Numbered from the stretch's first letter, positions 19,443 through 35,109 are shown. The stretch: 64,000 bases of DNA from Nitrosopumilaceae archaeon (GCA_965209085.1 OZ242376.1:416001-480000); one strand, 5' to 3'. Translations and numbers: made by a program. Notes: generated from the letters alone by a model not told the origin.

Positions 19443-20570
19443 CATTGGATCGGGCTCGTAAAAAGTTCCGTATACGGATGAAAATTTTTCAAGATGTTTG
19501 ATGATCTTATCAACACCAAACTCTTTTGCCGTCTCAAATATGGGCTTTTTTAACCCGAGTCCAAGATTTGCCGCCTTTTCAATCTCGGTAACGTCGCTTG
19601 CCCCGTTTGTAACAAGCCATGCGGCATTATTCAGCAGGTTTGCAAATATTGGAAGGGGATTGTATTTCTTCCCGAGCTCCTCGGATAACTTTACGCGTTC
19701 ATAGTTTTCTTTTGAATACTGGTAAAACCCTTCGCCTGATTTTTTGCCCAATTTTTTTACATTAAACATCTCTTCTATTCTGGGATGTGGATTTGCAACC
19801 TTTGCATCGCGCTGATGCATCTCAAAAGTAGCCTTGTGCATTACATCCATACCAGTAAAATCTGCAAGCTCGAATATTCCCATTGGGAATCCAAGTGAAA
19901 ATTTGAACGCAGAATCAATCTCCTCCAAGCTTGCACCGGTGCGGTCAACTTCATAACACGCCTCGTGAGCCATAGGTATGAAAAGCCTGTTTACTATGAA
20001 TCCTGGAACATCCTTGCGGCATACCACTGATTCTTTTCCAACAAATTTTACAAATTCAACAATGTCTTTTGTCACTTTTGCATCAGTCTTTGTCCCAGGT
20101 ATGACCTCTACAAGCTTCATCAGTTGCGGCGGGTTGAAAAAATGTATTCCGACAAATCTCTCCGGTTTTGCAATCGTTTGGGATATTTCCGTTATGGGCA
20201 GCGTGCTTGTATTGGATGCAAATACTGCATCCTCCGGAGCTGACGCCTCTAGTTCAGCATAGACTTTTTTCTTTAAATCCATAATTTCTGGCACCGCCTC
20301 TATCACCATCTCACATTCGCCTACTGCTTTTGCCAAGTCCGTATGCGGGGTTATTCTACCGTATATCCTATCTGCATTTTCTGAATCAATCTTGCCTTTT
20401 TGCACCATTTTGTCAAGACTCCAGCGTATCTTTTGCATGGCTTTGTCCAAAAATTCTTTTTTTATGTCGCGCAAAGCCACATTGCATCCTGCAGTTGCGG
20501 CAACCTGGGCTATTCCGTGACCCATTATACCCGAACCTAGAACAGCTATATTCTTGAACGTCAACGGCAT
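19422..20570 (-). CDS. 3-hydroxyacyl-CoA (3-hydroxybutyryl-CoA) dehydrogenase
   Basis: GSGIMG, IEAVPE, ASNTS, HFFNP, PGFIVNR, PMGIFEL; compatible with the HP/HB carbon-fixation cycle. Confidence 0.92.
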   Translation of the reverse strand: MPLTFKNIAVLGSGIMGHGIAQVAATAGCNVALRDIKKEFLDKAMQKIRWSLDKMVQKGKIDSENADRIYGRITPHTDLAKAVGECEMVIEAVPEIMDLKKKVYAELEASAPEDAVFASNTSTLPITEISQTIAKPERFVGIHFFNPPQLMKLVEVIPGTKTDAKVTKDIVEFVKFVGKESVVCRKDVPGFIVNRLFIPMAHEACYEVDRTGASLEEIDSAFKFSLGFPMGIFELADFTGMDVMHKATFEMHQRDAKVANPHPRIEEMFNVKKLGKKSGEGFYQYSKENYERVKLSEELGKKYNPLPIFANLLNNAAWLVTNGASDVTEIEKAANLGLGLKKPIFETAKEFGVDKIIKHLEKFSSVYGTFYEPDPMLRSMSA

Positions 20571-20616
20571 TATACCTCAAGTATCCTTTATAATGTATTG
20601 TGAATGCGTCACAAAC

Positions 20617-20784
20617 ATGGGTATGTTTGGACGTGGGACGAAAAAAGACGTTGGTACAAAATGCAAAATATGCGGGGTGGAATTGCACGAATCCGAACGT
20701 TTGGAGCGCCACATGAAAAAAGCGCATGCTAACGTACCCCAAAGTAAACCCGACGAACGCAGCTCCGAGGGTGGCCTGTGGTAG
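20617..20784 (+). CDS. Small C2H2 zinc-finger protein
   Basis: CKICGVELHESERLERHMKKAH (Cx2Cx12Hx4H). Confidence 0.75.
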   Translation: MGMFGRGTKKDVGTKCKICGVELHESERLERHMKKAHANVPQSKPDERSSEGGLW

Positions 20785-21059
20785 CTGAAATGAAAGAGGA
20801 AAAAAAATATACGATTATCATTATCGGAGCTTTTTTTGCAGTGGGCATTGTGATGGCCACCGTGGTTTTTCCGTTTTGGAATCTGATACGCGAGGACGTC
20901 TACGAAAAAGTCGTAATACTTGCAAATCATGACGGCGTATGTTATGCAGAATCCGAGGATCTTACGTCAAAAACAATATTCGATTGTACTGCACGCACAG
21001 GGGATACTGTCACCATAAAATACGGCCGCGATCTTGCATGGGCGGTAATTGCAGAATAG
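20778..21059 (+). CDS. Membrane-anchored hypothetical protein
   Basis: Single N-terminal TM helix; overlaps both neighbours as in an operon. Confidence 0.65.
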   Translation: MVAEMKEEKKYTIIIIGAFFAVGIVMATVVFPFWNLIREDVYEKVVILANHDGVCYAESEDLTSKTIFDCTARTGDTVTIKYGRDLAWAVIAE

Positions 21060-21066
21060 ATGCGTA

Positions 21067-21480
21067 ATGCCTGAACCGTGCATATTCTGTGATATTGTCT
21101 CCGGTATAGTGCCTGCAAAAACGGTTGGATCTACTCAAAGCTCCATTGCATTCATGGATGCGTTTCCGGTGGCGGCCGGACACGTTCTAATCGTACCGTT
21201 AAGACACTGTGAAAAAATACAGGATTTAAGCGGCACCGAATGCGCCGATTTGTTTGGACTTGTACAAAACATGATAAAAAAAGTGGATACGCTGACAGGT
21301 TCGACTTTGGTTGCCGCACACAACGGCAGGGAGAGTGGGCAGGAAATTCCCCACGTACACGTTCATCTCATACCTCGCGATAAAAACGACGGAGCCGGAC
21401 CGGTACATAGTATGTTTGGCAAAAATCCAGTAAGCAAAGAACAATCTGAACATGCATACGATGCGGTATGTTCTGCCTAA
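21067..21480 (+). CDS. HIT family hydrolase
   Basis: CIFC, GHVLIVP, GQEIPHVHVHLIPR. Confidence 0.93.
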   Translation: MPEPCIFCDIVSGIVPAKTVGSTQSSIAFMDAFPVAAGHVLIVPLRHCEKIQDLSGTECADLFGLVQNMIKKVDTLTGSTLVAAHNGRESGQEIPHVHVHLIPRDKNDGAGPVHSMFGKNPVSKEQSEHAYDAVCSA

Positions 21481-22115
21481 AACGGGTACAGTTTTTCCCC
21501 GGTGGTAATGTTGCCAACCGATATTGCCTTTGTAGGGCAGGTCTCGGCGGCATTCATGATTTTTTCAAGACTGGCACCGTGTCTGTTGTGTACGGTGGAT
21601 TTTGGATTTGTATGTTTGCTACTGTCTATTGAAAATACGTTTGGCGCTATGACTTCGCAACTGCAGCATCCAATACACAAACTGGGTTCGATTTTTACTG
21701 CAAGGTTTGGGCGCTTTACCTCGTCTCCATCATCCTGCGGTTTTTCACGGGTTTTATCCATGAATTTTCCGTAATCATCCCAAAACTTGCGTTCGTATTC
21801 GGTCCAAAATTTTTCATTATGTTCGTACTCTTTGGTATATTTTGACCAGTCCTGCTCTGGCGGATCCTGCGGCCGGGTGGCACCCCACTGGCTTTTGCGG
21901 GGACTAGGTGCAGGTTTTTTGGCGGATTTTGCGGGGGAGGATTTGAGTATTTCGTATGCTTTTATAATTTGTTTAAACTCAACGCTACTGCCGCTACGGT
22001 CCGGATGCAGTTTTAACGCCATTTTGCGATATGCTAATTTTACTTTGTCTGGCTCTGCGCCGTATTCCAGTTTTAAAACCCCATACGCTTCTTTTTCGTC
22101 CACGACAGAATACAT
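21477..22115 (-). CDS. DnaJ-ferredoxin fusion protein
   Basis: J-domain (AYRKMALKLHPD) plus CIGCCSC...TCP ferredoxin motif. Confidence 0.88.
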   Translation of the reverse strand: MYSVVDEKEAYGVLKLEYGAEPDKVKLAYRKMALKLHPDRSGSSVEFKQIIKAYEILKSSPAKSAKKPAPSPRKSQWGATRPQDPPEQDWSKYTKEYEHNEKFWTEYERKFWDDYGKFMDKTREKPQDDGDEVKRPNLAVKIEPSLCIGCCSCEVIAPNVFSIDSSKHTNPKSTVHNRHGASLEKIMNAAETCPTKAISVGNITTGEKLYPF

Positions 22116-22177
22116 ACATGGATCTTTAAAAATGATTGTACAAATCCGTACACGGTGCACAAATTCTGCCTTGGGGA

Positions 22178-22627
22178 TCAGATCTTTTTGGTTACAGTTC
22201 CGGCAGAATCTGATTCATACCATGACGTTTTGAAAGTGCCTCCTTTGCCTGAAAGATTAAGCGCAATGTGGGAAAACAACTCTGTCTTTTTCACGGAACC
22301 GTGCGTATGAAGTGTTCCTGCAGGCACATACACAATTGATCCTGTGTGCAGTGGGATCTTTTCTTTTATTTTTGTCTTAAACGGAGGTTTTTTATTTCTG
22401 CTGGAATACGTTACAAGACTTCCTGCACCGCTGGTTACAATGAGCATCTGCCCGGACGTATGGAAATGTATTTTTGTCCTAGATCCTTCGTGGAATTTTA
22501 CGTGCAAAACGTCCGTTTCTTTTGGTTTTGGACTGACTGAAACCATCTGCAGTGATACTTTGCCGGTAAAATAATCTGGACTTACTTTTTTTACGGTTCC
22601 TTTTTTTACAAAACTTCCAGCTTTCAT
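22178..22627 (-). CDS. Cupin domain protein
   Basis: HFHTSGQMLIV...G..VYVPAGTLHTHG...HIA. Confidence 0.85.
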   Translation of the reverse strand: MKAGSFVKKGTVKKVSPDYFTGKVSLQMVSVSPKPKETDVLHVKFHEGSRTKIHFHTSGQMLIVTSGAGSLVTYSSRNKKPPFKTKIKEKIPLHTGSIVYVPAGTLHTHGSVKKTELFSHIALNLSGKGGTFKTSWYESDSAGTVTKKI

Positions 22628-22704
22628 GACTGTGCATCATACGTTTGATTATATAATTTAACGGAATCGGACATCCTTAATACGAAGAAGCTTCGATATG
22701 GGAT

Positions 22705-23397
22705 ATGGAGAATATCACAAAAACTTTGGTACTCTTGCGCAAGATGACTCTGGAAGATGCAATGCGATTGGTTGAATCAAAAAAAACCTCACAGTTTGGC
22801 ACCGCTCTTCTCAGGCCAAAAAAAAGCCAAATCCACCTGCATTCTGTTTCCCTTGTATACGAACCAATACTGATAGTATCCGGTTCGTATTCTGCAAATT
22901 ATTACCGAAAAGCGGTACACAAGATAAAAGTGGACCGCAACGTCAAAGAAGTGATTGTGGGCCCTGACACGTTTGAAGTTTCAAAAAAATCAAAACTTTC
23001 CAAACTTGTAAACACCGATGGAAAACGCGTCATAAATTTGGATCTTGAAGAACACATGTTTGTAAAAAACGATGGGACGCTGTATCTGGATCATCATGGA
23101 AAACGGCTCGAAAACCTGCCATATGCGATGGATCAAAAAGTTATGGAAAGCTACGGCTCAAAGGTTTTGGCAGCGGAGAAAACAAAAGAGCATGAAATTT
23201 CAACAACCGATGCGGTAACCATGCTGAAACGAATTTTAAAAGACATACCAAAATCCAAAATGAGAAATCTTGAAGAACACTTTGAACCTCAAAGTATTGT
23301 AATGTTGTACGTTCCAATATACGAGGCGAGGCTTGTAGGATCGTCCAAAAAAATACGCATAATGCGGATAGATGCGACGCGCAAAAAAATACTCTAG
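22705..23397 (+). CDS. Conserved hypothetical protein (230 aa)
   Basis: Long ORF with paired LVYEPI / LYVPIY motifs; no function recognised. Confidence 0.7.
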   Translation: MENITKTLVLLRKMTLEDAMRLVESKKTSQFGTALLRPKKSQIHLHSVSLVYEPILIVSGSYSANYYRKAVHKIKVDRNVKEVIVGPDTFEVSKKSKLSKLVNTDGKRVINLDLEEHMFVKNDGTLYLDHHGKRLENLPYAMDQKVMESYGSKVLAAEKTKEHEISTTDAVTMLKRILKDIPKSKMRNLEEHFEPQSIVMLYVPIYEARLVGSSKKIRIMRIDATRKKIL

Positions 23398-24207
23398 TCA
23401 CAGAATCTTTGAATATCTGGAATCTTCCCGCATAGCATCAAAGGCTTTTTCCTCCAAGGCCCATCGTTTCACAGTCTTTGAATCTTTTTTGGCAGCAACC
23501 CTTAGTCTTTCTGCGGCCATGTCGTATTTTCCCACCGCAGCATAGCTTCTTGCCTTGGCATATTCTAGCGGCGCGTTTCCCTGATGGCGTATTGGAAGTC
23601 TGGCATAAATTTTCTGCGCTTCCTCATGGCGTCCCAATTCTGCAAGCTCTATGCCTTCGTGGAATTCTGCATCCGCGTGTCCGTGCTCTGATTTGCGTAC
23701 TGTATGAAAACATTTCAGAGCTTCCTCATGCCGTCCAAGTTTACCGTATACTATGCCGATGTAAAACTTTATTGATGATTTTCCAGAATCAAGTCTGATA
23801 GCTGTCTCAAGACTGGCAAGAGCTTGCTCATGTTCTCCAATTCTGTCTAACAAAACTCCTAGATTGAAATGTGCCGGAGCATACCGTCTGTCAAATTTTA
23901 TTGCATCAGAATAACATAATTTGGCCCCGTCAATGTTGCCAAGTTCTGCCATGGCTATTGCTTTGTTGTTCAAAGATGCGATATTTTCCGGATCAAGTCT
24001 GAGTGCCTCATCAAAACACGTTATCGCATCGGAATATTTTCGGATCTGATTGAGGGCAATTCCCCTGTTATAGTGAACCTGTCTGTTGTCCGGATCCTGC
24101 TTTATGGCCTGACCAAAGAGTGCAGCTGCTGCCTTTGGCTGATTTCTTCGCAACATTGCCATGCCCTGTCTTTCCAATTCCTTTGAATCTATTTTTTTAC
24201 CAAACAT
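23398..24207 (-). CDS. TPR protein
   Basis: About 7 TPR units. Confidence 0.85.
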   Translation of the reverse strand: MFGKKIDSKELERQGMAMLRRNQPKAAAALFGQAIKQDPDNRQVHYNRGIALNQIRKYSDAITCFDEALRLDPENIASLNNKAIAMAELGNIDGAKLCYSDAIKFDRRYAPAHFNLGVLLDRIGEHEQALASLETAIRLDSGKSSIKFYIGIVYGKLGRHEEALKCFHTVRKSEHGHADAEFHEGIELAELGRHEEAQKIYARLPIRHQGNAPLEYAKARSYAAVGKYDMAAERLRVAAKKDSKTVKRWALEEKAFDAMREDSRYSKIL

Positions 24208-24270
24208 CGTATATGATGCGACATCTCCTTTTATTCAAGTTTGTTATATGGTATGCAATTAGATGCGCAT

Positions 24271-25605
24271 TCAGGACGTATTTTGGGCGTATTTTTCAGT
24301 GGCTGTCACCAGGGCGTTTACATCTGATTTTGTATGCGCATCTGAGATTGCTCCAAGCTTGCCGGGCAGAAAAAATATTCCCGAACGTGCGATAAGCGAA
24401 AAATGATATCTGTAGAGGGCGGCAGTATCGCATTTGGCAGCATCCGAGGCGTTTTTGACTTTGTAAATTCCGGATTTTTGCGTAAAATGGGGCATAAACA
24501 TGGAATCCTTTCCGGTGACTATTACCCTGCCGTCAAACGCTTTTGCAATTTTACGAGATGTCTCCCTGCCCAACAAACCAATTTTTGAATAAATCCCGGA
24601 TCCGTTTTTTTTGAGAATATCCAACGTGGCAGTTCCAGCAGACATGGTTGCAGGATTTGCCGAAAACGTTCCGCCCCCTATGTATGCTCTGTCAGTTTTT
24701 GAATGGGCGTTGGTGTCAGATAATTTCATTATTTCTTTTTTGCCGCATATTGCACCCACTGGAAATCCTCCGCCAATTATTTTTCCAAGTGTGACGATGT
24801 CAGGATCAAGTTTCATTTGCGGATAAATGCATCCGTATCTGAAACGAAATCCGGTAACAATTTCATCCAGCATAAAAAGAGCTCCGCACTTGTGTACAAA
24901 TTCCTGAACGCTTTGCATATAGTCTGCATCCGCGGGTATGCATCCGCCGCCTCCCAACATAGGTTCTATTATAACACCTGCCAAATTTTTTCCAACACGG
25001 CGTAAAATGTCAAGCGTTCCATCTATATCGTTGTACGGAACGGAAATAATGTTTGAAGATCCAACAAGACCGCCACTCTCCGGTATTTTAAACGGCCAGT
25101 TTACGGTTTTTAACAGCTCTGATGTATACCCGTGCCACCCGCCGTCTATTTTTGCCACGATTTTTTTTCCAGTAGCTGCGCGTGCAAGTCTGACCGCATA
25201 CATGGTTGCTTCCGTACCTGATGTAACATAACGTATCCGTTCTGCAGCTTTGACAGTTTTACATATTGACTCAGAGAATGCAAGTGTAGGTTCGTTCACC
25301 GTTCCATACATCCATCCGCGGCGCAGCTGTTTTGATACAGCACGTGCGACTTTGGCTTTTGCATGACCTAAAATCAAACTCCAATGACCCATCCAATAAT
25401 CCGTGTATCTGTTTGAATCCAGATCTGTCAGTTTTCCACCTGATGCGGATTTTGTCACAAACGGATATGGTTCAAAATACCGTATGTTGTGGTGCACGCC
25501 GTTTACATGATATTTCTTTGATTTTGCAAAAATAACCGACGATCTGGATGTCTTTTTACGGTATTCTGCAAGGGCATTTTGATATTCTGTCTTTTTGATC
25601 GCCAA
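24271..25605 (-). CDS. hemL: Glutamate-1-semialdehyde 2,1-aminomutase (class III aminotransferase)
   Basis: [44 protein letters not shown]. Confidence 0.85.
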   Translation of the reverse strand: MAIKKTEYQNALAEYRKKTSRSSVIFAKSKKYHVNGVHHNIRYFEPYPFVTKSASGGKLTDLDSNRYTDYWMGHWSLILGHAKAKVARAVSKQLRRGWMYGTVNEPTLAFSESICKTVKAAERIRYVTSGTEATMYAVRLARAATGKKIVAKIDGGWHGYTSELLKTVNWPFKIPESGGLVGSSNIISVPYNDIDGTLDILRRVGKNLAGVIIEPMLGGGGCIPADADYMQSVQEFVHKCGALFMLDEIVTGFRFRYGCIYPQMKLDPDIVTLGKIIGGGFPVGAICGKKEIMKLSDTNAHSKTDRAYIGGGTFSANPATMSAGTATLDILKKNGSGIYSKIGLLGRETSRKIAKAFDGRVIVTGKDSMFMPHFTQKSGIYKVKNASDAAKCDTAALYRYHFSLIARSGIFFLPGKLGAISDAHTKSDVNALVTATEKYAQNTS

Positions 25606-25785
25606 TTTTCAGCTATTTTGTAACGGATCTAGGCATGGTTTATATGTATTTGAACGATTATTAGATTTCATACGTGACGCAAGGCGGCGCTTGTAATGAA
25701 TCCGTGGCAGTATGCCATATTGTGATTTACGGGCCTCCAGTTACGCATACAAAATGAGGATCCGATTGCAAAATCGGATCTGAAA

Positions 25786-27367
<1,582 letters not shown>

Positions 27368-27444
27368 CATCAGATGCAATGCGTCATCTCGCGATGACGT
27401 ATGAAGGATGTAGCTGACCTTCCTACCCTGGAAGGAAAGCAATG

Positions 27445-30501
<3,057 letters not shown>

Positions 30502-30735
30502 TATTTTTAACAAGCATAGCGGACGCTATGTATGAAAATATGACACTATGGGTACGGATCATACAAGTTTGACACCGTCTTATTTTGTACCTAGATCTTG
30601 ATTTTTAGTGTAAATTATATGCATAACTTGAATTCGTACTATGAATCTGATAATATTTTTCAATAAAATGACAAAATAAGGCATTTTACACGCTTATGAC
30701 AAACTTTATCACACGTTGTATATGGGGTATAATTA

Positions 30736-31083
30736 ATGGAAGCTCAAATAGCCGCAGACCGTCTGCTAAAACTTGGCACATCTGTTAGAATGGTTACCAT
30801 TTGTAATATGGATGGAAAACTGATCTATCATGCACGACACAAATCGGTAAAATCAGCACTCACACCGGCAGAAAGTCGTAGATCCCTGACGGTGTCTGCA
30901 CGAAACATGAAAGAACGTAAAAAACTTGCCAGCAAACTCGGTAAATGTCAGTACACACTGGCCGAATACAGCAATGTCAAAAGATTGGTCATGCCTGCAG
31001 GTAATAACCATCTGATCTATGTGACGTGTTCTCCTCGTTACGATCACAACAAGATTATACGTAAAGTTCGTACATTCAAATAA
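30736..31083 (+). CDS. DUF6659-like protein
   Basis: VRMVTICNMDG...LGKCQYTLAEYSNVKR, same pattern as 13743. Confidence 0.7.
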   Translation: MEAQIAADRLLKLGTSVRMVTICNMDGKLIYHARHKSVKSALTPAESRRSLTVSARNMKERKKLASKLGKCQYTLAEYSNVKRLVMPAGNNHLIYVTCSPRYDHNKIIRKVRTFK

Positions 31084-31377
31084 ACAACAATTTATCTATT
31101 TTTTATTACACCAGTTATATTGTTTGATCAATTCTATGTTGACTATTCGTCAACATATAAGGTATGGGAGAAATTTTAACCACCCTTGAATAATATCTGT
31201 ATATGAAAGCAAGATTTGCAACCGAATGCAGCTCGTGCGGTGATCAAATACGACGTGGAAAAGAGATCGCAAAAATCGAGTCAGGCGAATGGGTTCACAA
31301 GCATTGTGCACCAGAAACGCTTGAAATGCCATAATTACACCACTTCATTTTTATTTTGTATTATACGAGAACACATA

Positions 31378-31755
31378 ATGCCTGATCAAGACATAGAATC
31401 ACTTGAGCACCGTTGCAAAAAAATACAACAATTGGATATGGTTCGCTTTGCTGGAATTATAGATAAAGAAGGCGAAATTGTTGCTGGAGGATTCCGAGAT
31501 GGCGTGAAACCGTTGGTGGATAACAAATCCCGTCTGCGAAAATTTTTTCGTTTTGCAACTGTTGAGTCAATTGGCAAAGAATACGATGAAAATTTAGGTC
31601 CGATGAATTATTTGGCAGCACGCCGCGACAAATTGGTTTTTATCAGCTTTCCATTCCCATTAAGTGACATAATACTCTTAATTTCAGCCGAGCCTCAGGC
31701 GGAAATTGAAAAACTTGCATCTGGCGTCTCAAATGTTTTTGCAGGAATTAAATAA
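31378..31755 (+). CDS. DUF6659-like protein
   Basis: VRFAGIIDKEG...YDENLGPMNYLAARRDK; ATG at 31378. Confidence 0.75.
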   Translation: MPDQDIESLEHRCKKIQQLDMVRFAGIIDKEGEIVAGGFRDGVKPLVDNKSRLRKFFRFATVESIGKEYDENLGPMNYLAARRDKLVFISFPFPLSDIILLISAEPQAEIEKLASGVSNVFAGIK

Positions 31756-31822
31756 TCCTGATCGTCTGCATAAAACCCGCTAGCCATGATATCGAACCTT
31801 TTTAATCAAGTCTGATAATAAC

Positions 31823-32059
31823 ATGGACATGAATGAAGCATATGTGCTCTTGAATGTGGATTACAAGCACCAAAAAGATATAATAAAATCCTGCGAAAAA
31901 CTTGCCGTGGCAAAATCCGTAAAAACAGTATATGGAATCTGCGACATACTGGTAATACTTGAATCCAATGACATGCAGAAAATAAAAGATGCAATTGATG
32001 TGGACATACACGCAATGCAGGGAATCACAAATCTAACGTCGCTAATATCGGTGAACTAA
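31823..32059 (+). CDS. Stand-alone Lrp/AsnC ligand-binding (RAM) domain protein
   Basis: AYVLLNV...VYGICDILV...I..MQGITNLTSL; no HTH domain. Confidence 0.8.
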   Translation: MDMNEAYVLLNVDYKHQKDIIKSCEKLAVAKSVKTVYGICDILVILESNDMQKIKDAIDVDIHAMQGITNLTSLISVN

Positions 32060-32062
32060 CCT

Positions 32063-33034
32063 TTGGGCGATTACGAAGTTGTAATTATAGGTGCCGGACC
32101 TGCAGGTTTGTCCGCTGGCATATACGTAGCTAGACAGAAATCATCATGTCTTATAATTTCAAAAGATTTGGGAGGGCAGTTAAATCTAATACCGAAACTT
32201 GAAAATTACCCTGGAACAATAATGTCCAGCGGACCTCTTCTTGCAAAAACATTGGAAAGCCAATATCTAATGTTCAAAGGTGACCTTGAATATTCAACGG
32301 TGGGAAGTGTAAGGGAGGCATCTGATGGATTGGTTGTAAAAACTAACCGCGGGGAGCATACTGCAAAGACCGTTATAGTTGCAGCCGGAAAAATACCAAA
32401 CAACCTCGGACTTGAAAAAGAATCCGAATTCCAAAACAAGGGGGTTCATTATTGTACAAAATGTGATGCTCCGTTTTATCAGGGGAGAATCACCGCATCA
32501 GTTGGCGTTGGCGCATATCTTTTGGAATCTGGAATACTTCTTTCCCGTATGGCATCAAAAACGTATGTGATATTCAAAGGGGGCAAACTGGGAGGGAATG
32601 CGGATATGATATCGTCATTGGAAAATAAAACCAATGTGGAACTTGTCCCAAATTCCAGCATAAAATCAATAACAGGGGACGGAACTTTGGCACAAATCGT
32701 CATAAGCGACAAAGAAGGGAATGAAAAAACTCTCCAAGTGGATGGATTGTTTATTGAAAACGGCTCCAAAATAAATTTGGATTTTGTAAAACAATTGGTA
32801 AAAATAAACACAAAAGGCGAAATAGAGGTGGGAACTGCAGGATCTACATCACATCCGGCCATATTTGCTGCAGGTGATGCAACAAACATGCCATACAAGC
32901 AAATTATTGCAGCATGCGGAGATGGCGCAGCGGCTGGACTTTCTGCGTTTAATTATGTTGAAAAACTTCAAGGTAAACCTGGCATACGATCCGACTGGAA
33001 AAAACAGATTGGAGATACGGTCTTTCATTATTAG
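32063..33034 (+). CDS. trxB: Thioredoxin reductase-like flavoprotein
   Basis: IIGAGPAGLSA, ENYPG, GVHYCTKCD, IFAAGD, KQIIAACGDG. Confidence 0.85.
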   Translation: MGDYEVVIIGAGPAGLSAGIYVARQKSSCLIISKDLGGQLNLIPKLENYPGTIMSSGPLLAKTLESQYLMFKGDLEYSTVGSVREASDGLVVKTNRGEHTAKTVIVAAGKIPNNLGLEKESEFQNKGVHYCTKCDAPFYQGRITASVGVGAYLLESGILLSRMASKTYVIFKGGKLGGNADMISSLENKTNVELVPNSSIKSITGDGTLAQIVISDKEGNEKTLQVDGLFIENGSKINLDFVKQLVKINTKGEIEVGTAGSTSHPAIFAAGDATNMPYKQIIAACGDGAAAGLSAFNYVEKLQGKPGIRSDWKKQIGDTVFHY

Positions 33035-33369
33035 ACATACGTTGAGAATTTAACTCAAATTGACGCATATGCGATAAGATTGAATCAATTTACAATTTGT
33101 ATGTACGTAGTTGCATAACCTGTCTAAACTGCACAGAACCTGCAATAATACTATGGCAAATCTTAGGTCTTTTTCATGATTTCCAACTTGCTGTTAATTT
33201 AGAGAGGTTTTTATTCAATTATGGATGTGGTGAATGTTATATTCACAGACGTCATACATGCGTAAAACATCCGTTTTCCGTACCTCCCTAACTTGACAGA
33301 AAAGATCCCTGATTTAACAACAGGTTCGAACCAAGCAAAAAGACCTAAGATTTACCAGAGTGCAATAAC

Positions 33370-33380
33370 AACAGTTTTAA
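33370..33380 (+). promoter_or_regulatory. BRE/TATA element AACAGTTTTAA
   Basis: TTTTAA starts 29 nt before GTG 33404; the identical 11-mer precedes the paralogue at 35376. Confidence 0.55.
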
Positions 33381-33403
33381 ACACATGTTTAATTGATTCT
33401 ATC

Positions 33404-34681
33404 GTGAACAAAGTAATTATTCCAATTATTATTATAGTAACAATAGCAATTGCAGCCGTACTGTATACACAAATGGGTTCCATTATGATGCAAGATTCGG
33501 ACACTGTGATGGATTCTCAAATGACCGATATGGCAGAAACGCCGTCGCTTTCCGGAGCTGTGAAAATAGGAATAATGTTGCCGCTAACTGGAGATCTCTC
33601 ATCACACGGTGAAGAAAATCTGCTGGGAACAACATTTGGAATTGAAAATTTCAACAAATATCTCAAAGATGCCGGTGAAGACTGGTATTTGGAAGCTGTC
33701 ATAGAAGACACTGCCACAAATCCCGTCCAAGCACTTGAAAAAATACAAAACCTTCGGGCAAAGAATATCGAACTCGTGGTAGGGCCTGAATCTAGCAGTT
33801 CAACTAGTTCCGTGCTTCAATATGCTGATAGCAACAACATGATACTATTTAGCTGCTGCTCTACCTCTCCGGCACTTGCAATCCCAGGTGATAATGTATT
33901 CAGATTGGTTCCAGACGACAGACAACAGGGCAAGGCATTGGCGGCTCTGCTGAAAAACGAAGGAATTAAAAACCTGATCACGATATGGAGGGGCGACACG
34001 TACGGTGACGGTCTTGCAGAAAACTTGGAAAAATCTTTCATTGAAACAGGAGGTGCCGTATCTGATGGCATACGATATAATCCGGAAACTCCGGACTTTT
34101 CGGTTAGTGCATCAATACTATCTGATCTAGTATCCACGTTGGTTGACGAACACGGTTCTAGCACATCTGCAATAGTAATTATAGGATTTGCCGAATCCGT
34201 ACAATTCATCCAATCTGCCGCACAGCACGAAGTGTTGGACGATGTCAGATGGTTCGGATCTGATTCTTTGGCAAATGAGATAAAACTAGTGCAGGATCCG
34301 ATCACATTGGAATTTGTCCAAACTGTAAATTTTACTGCGATATCGCCCGGATTTGCATCAACTCCGGCATCTGAAAACGTCAAAACCATGGTATTTGACA
34401 CGCTAGGCAGGTATCCTACCACGTTTGTAGAAACCTCGTATGACATTCCATGGATTTACGGATTGGCTATATTGGATGCACAAAGCGACAGATATGCTGA
34501 CATTAAACCAATTCTGCCACAAATTGCATCCGAATACGAGGGGGCAATAGGGGCAATCCAATTAAATGAAAACGGAGATTTGGAATCGTCTGATTATTCC
34601 TTGTATGAAATTATTGGTGAAGACTGGATTGTCATCGGAAACTATTTTAGAAACGGCACTATAATTTTCAACAATCAATGA
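33404..34681 (+). CDS. Membrane-anchored type I periplasmic (LivJ/K-like) substrate-binding protein
   Basis: N-terminal TM; KIGIMLPLTGDLS..G, EDTATNP, VGPESS, FRLVPDD, DTYG, LNENGD. Confidence 0.88.
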   Translation: MNKVIIPIIIIVTIAIAAVLYTQMGSIMMQDSDTVMDSQMTDMAETPSLSGAVKIGIMLPLTGDLSSHGEENLLGTTFGIENFNKYLKDAGEDWYLEAVIEDTATNPVQALEKIQNLRAKNIELVVGPESSSSTSSVLQYADSNNMILFSCCSTSPALAIPGDNVFRLVPDDRQQGKALAALLKNEGIKNLITIWRGDTYGDGLAENLEKSFIETGGAVSDGIRYNPETPDFSVSASILSDLVSTLVDEHGSSTSAIVIIGFAESVQFIQSAAQHEVLDDVRWFGSDSLANEIKLVQDPITLEFVQTVNFTAISPGFASTPASENVKTMVFDTLGRYPTTFVETSYDIPWIYGLAILDAQSDRYADIKPILPQIASEYEGAIGAIQLNENGDLESSDYSLYEIIGEDWIVIGNYFRNGTIIFNNQ

Positions 34682-35109
34682 AATCTGAAAAACTATCCAA
34701 AATACTAGTACCTGTGGATAATTCTAAAAACTCTTGGCGCGTAATTGATCATGCGATTGTATTTGCAAAAACAACCGGAGCGGAAATTACAGTTCTTTGC
34801 GTAATACCCACCGTACAGGAATCAGAATTCAAATCCTCCGCAACAGACAAAGAATCCGTGAAAATAGCCAAAGGTATTGTTGAACGTACGGTGGAATACG
34901 CTGCACGTAAAGGTGTTGCTTTCAAAACCCTCACAGACCACGGACATGTAGGATACTGTATAATAAAATACGCCCATTCAAAGAGCAGAAAATTTGACAT
35001 GCTGATAATAGGTTCACGTGGAAAAGGAAGAATTAGAAAAATGATATTTGGAAGTACGTCAAATTACGTCCTAAATGAATCGCGGATACCCGTAATGGTA
35101 ATAAAATAA
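34678..35109 (+). CDS. Universal stress protein (UspA)
   Basis: KILVPVD.S..S, DMLIIGSRG, IFGSTSNYVL...PVMVIK. Confidence 0.92.
   Translation: MKSEKLSKILVPVDNSKNSWRVIDHAIVFAKTTGAEITVLCVIPTVQESEFKSSATDKESVKIAKGIVERTVEYAARKGVAFKTLTDHGHVGYCIIKYAHSKSRKFDMLIIGSRGKGRIRKMIFGSTSNYVLNESRIPVMVIK

Noticed and set aside
33318-33335. GGTTCGAACC resembling a tRNA T-loop
   Set aside because: No T-stem or acceptor-stem pairing around it.
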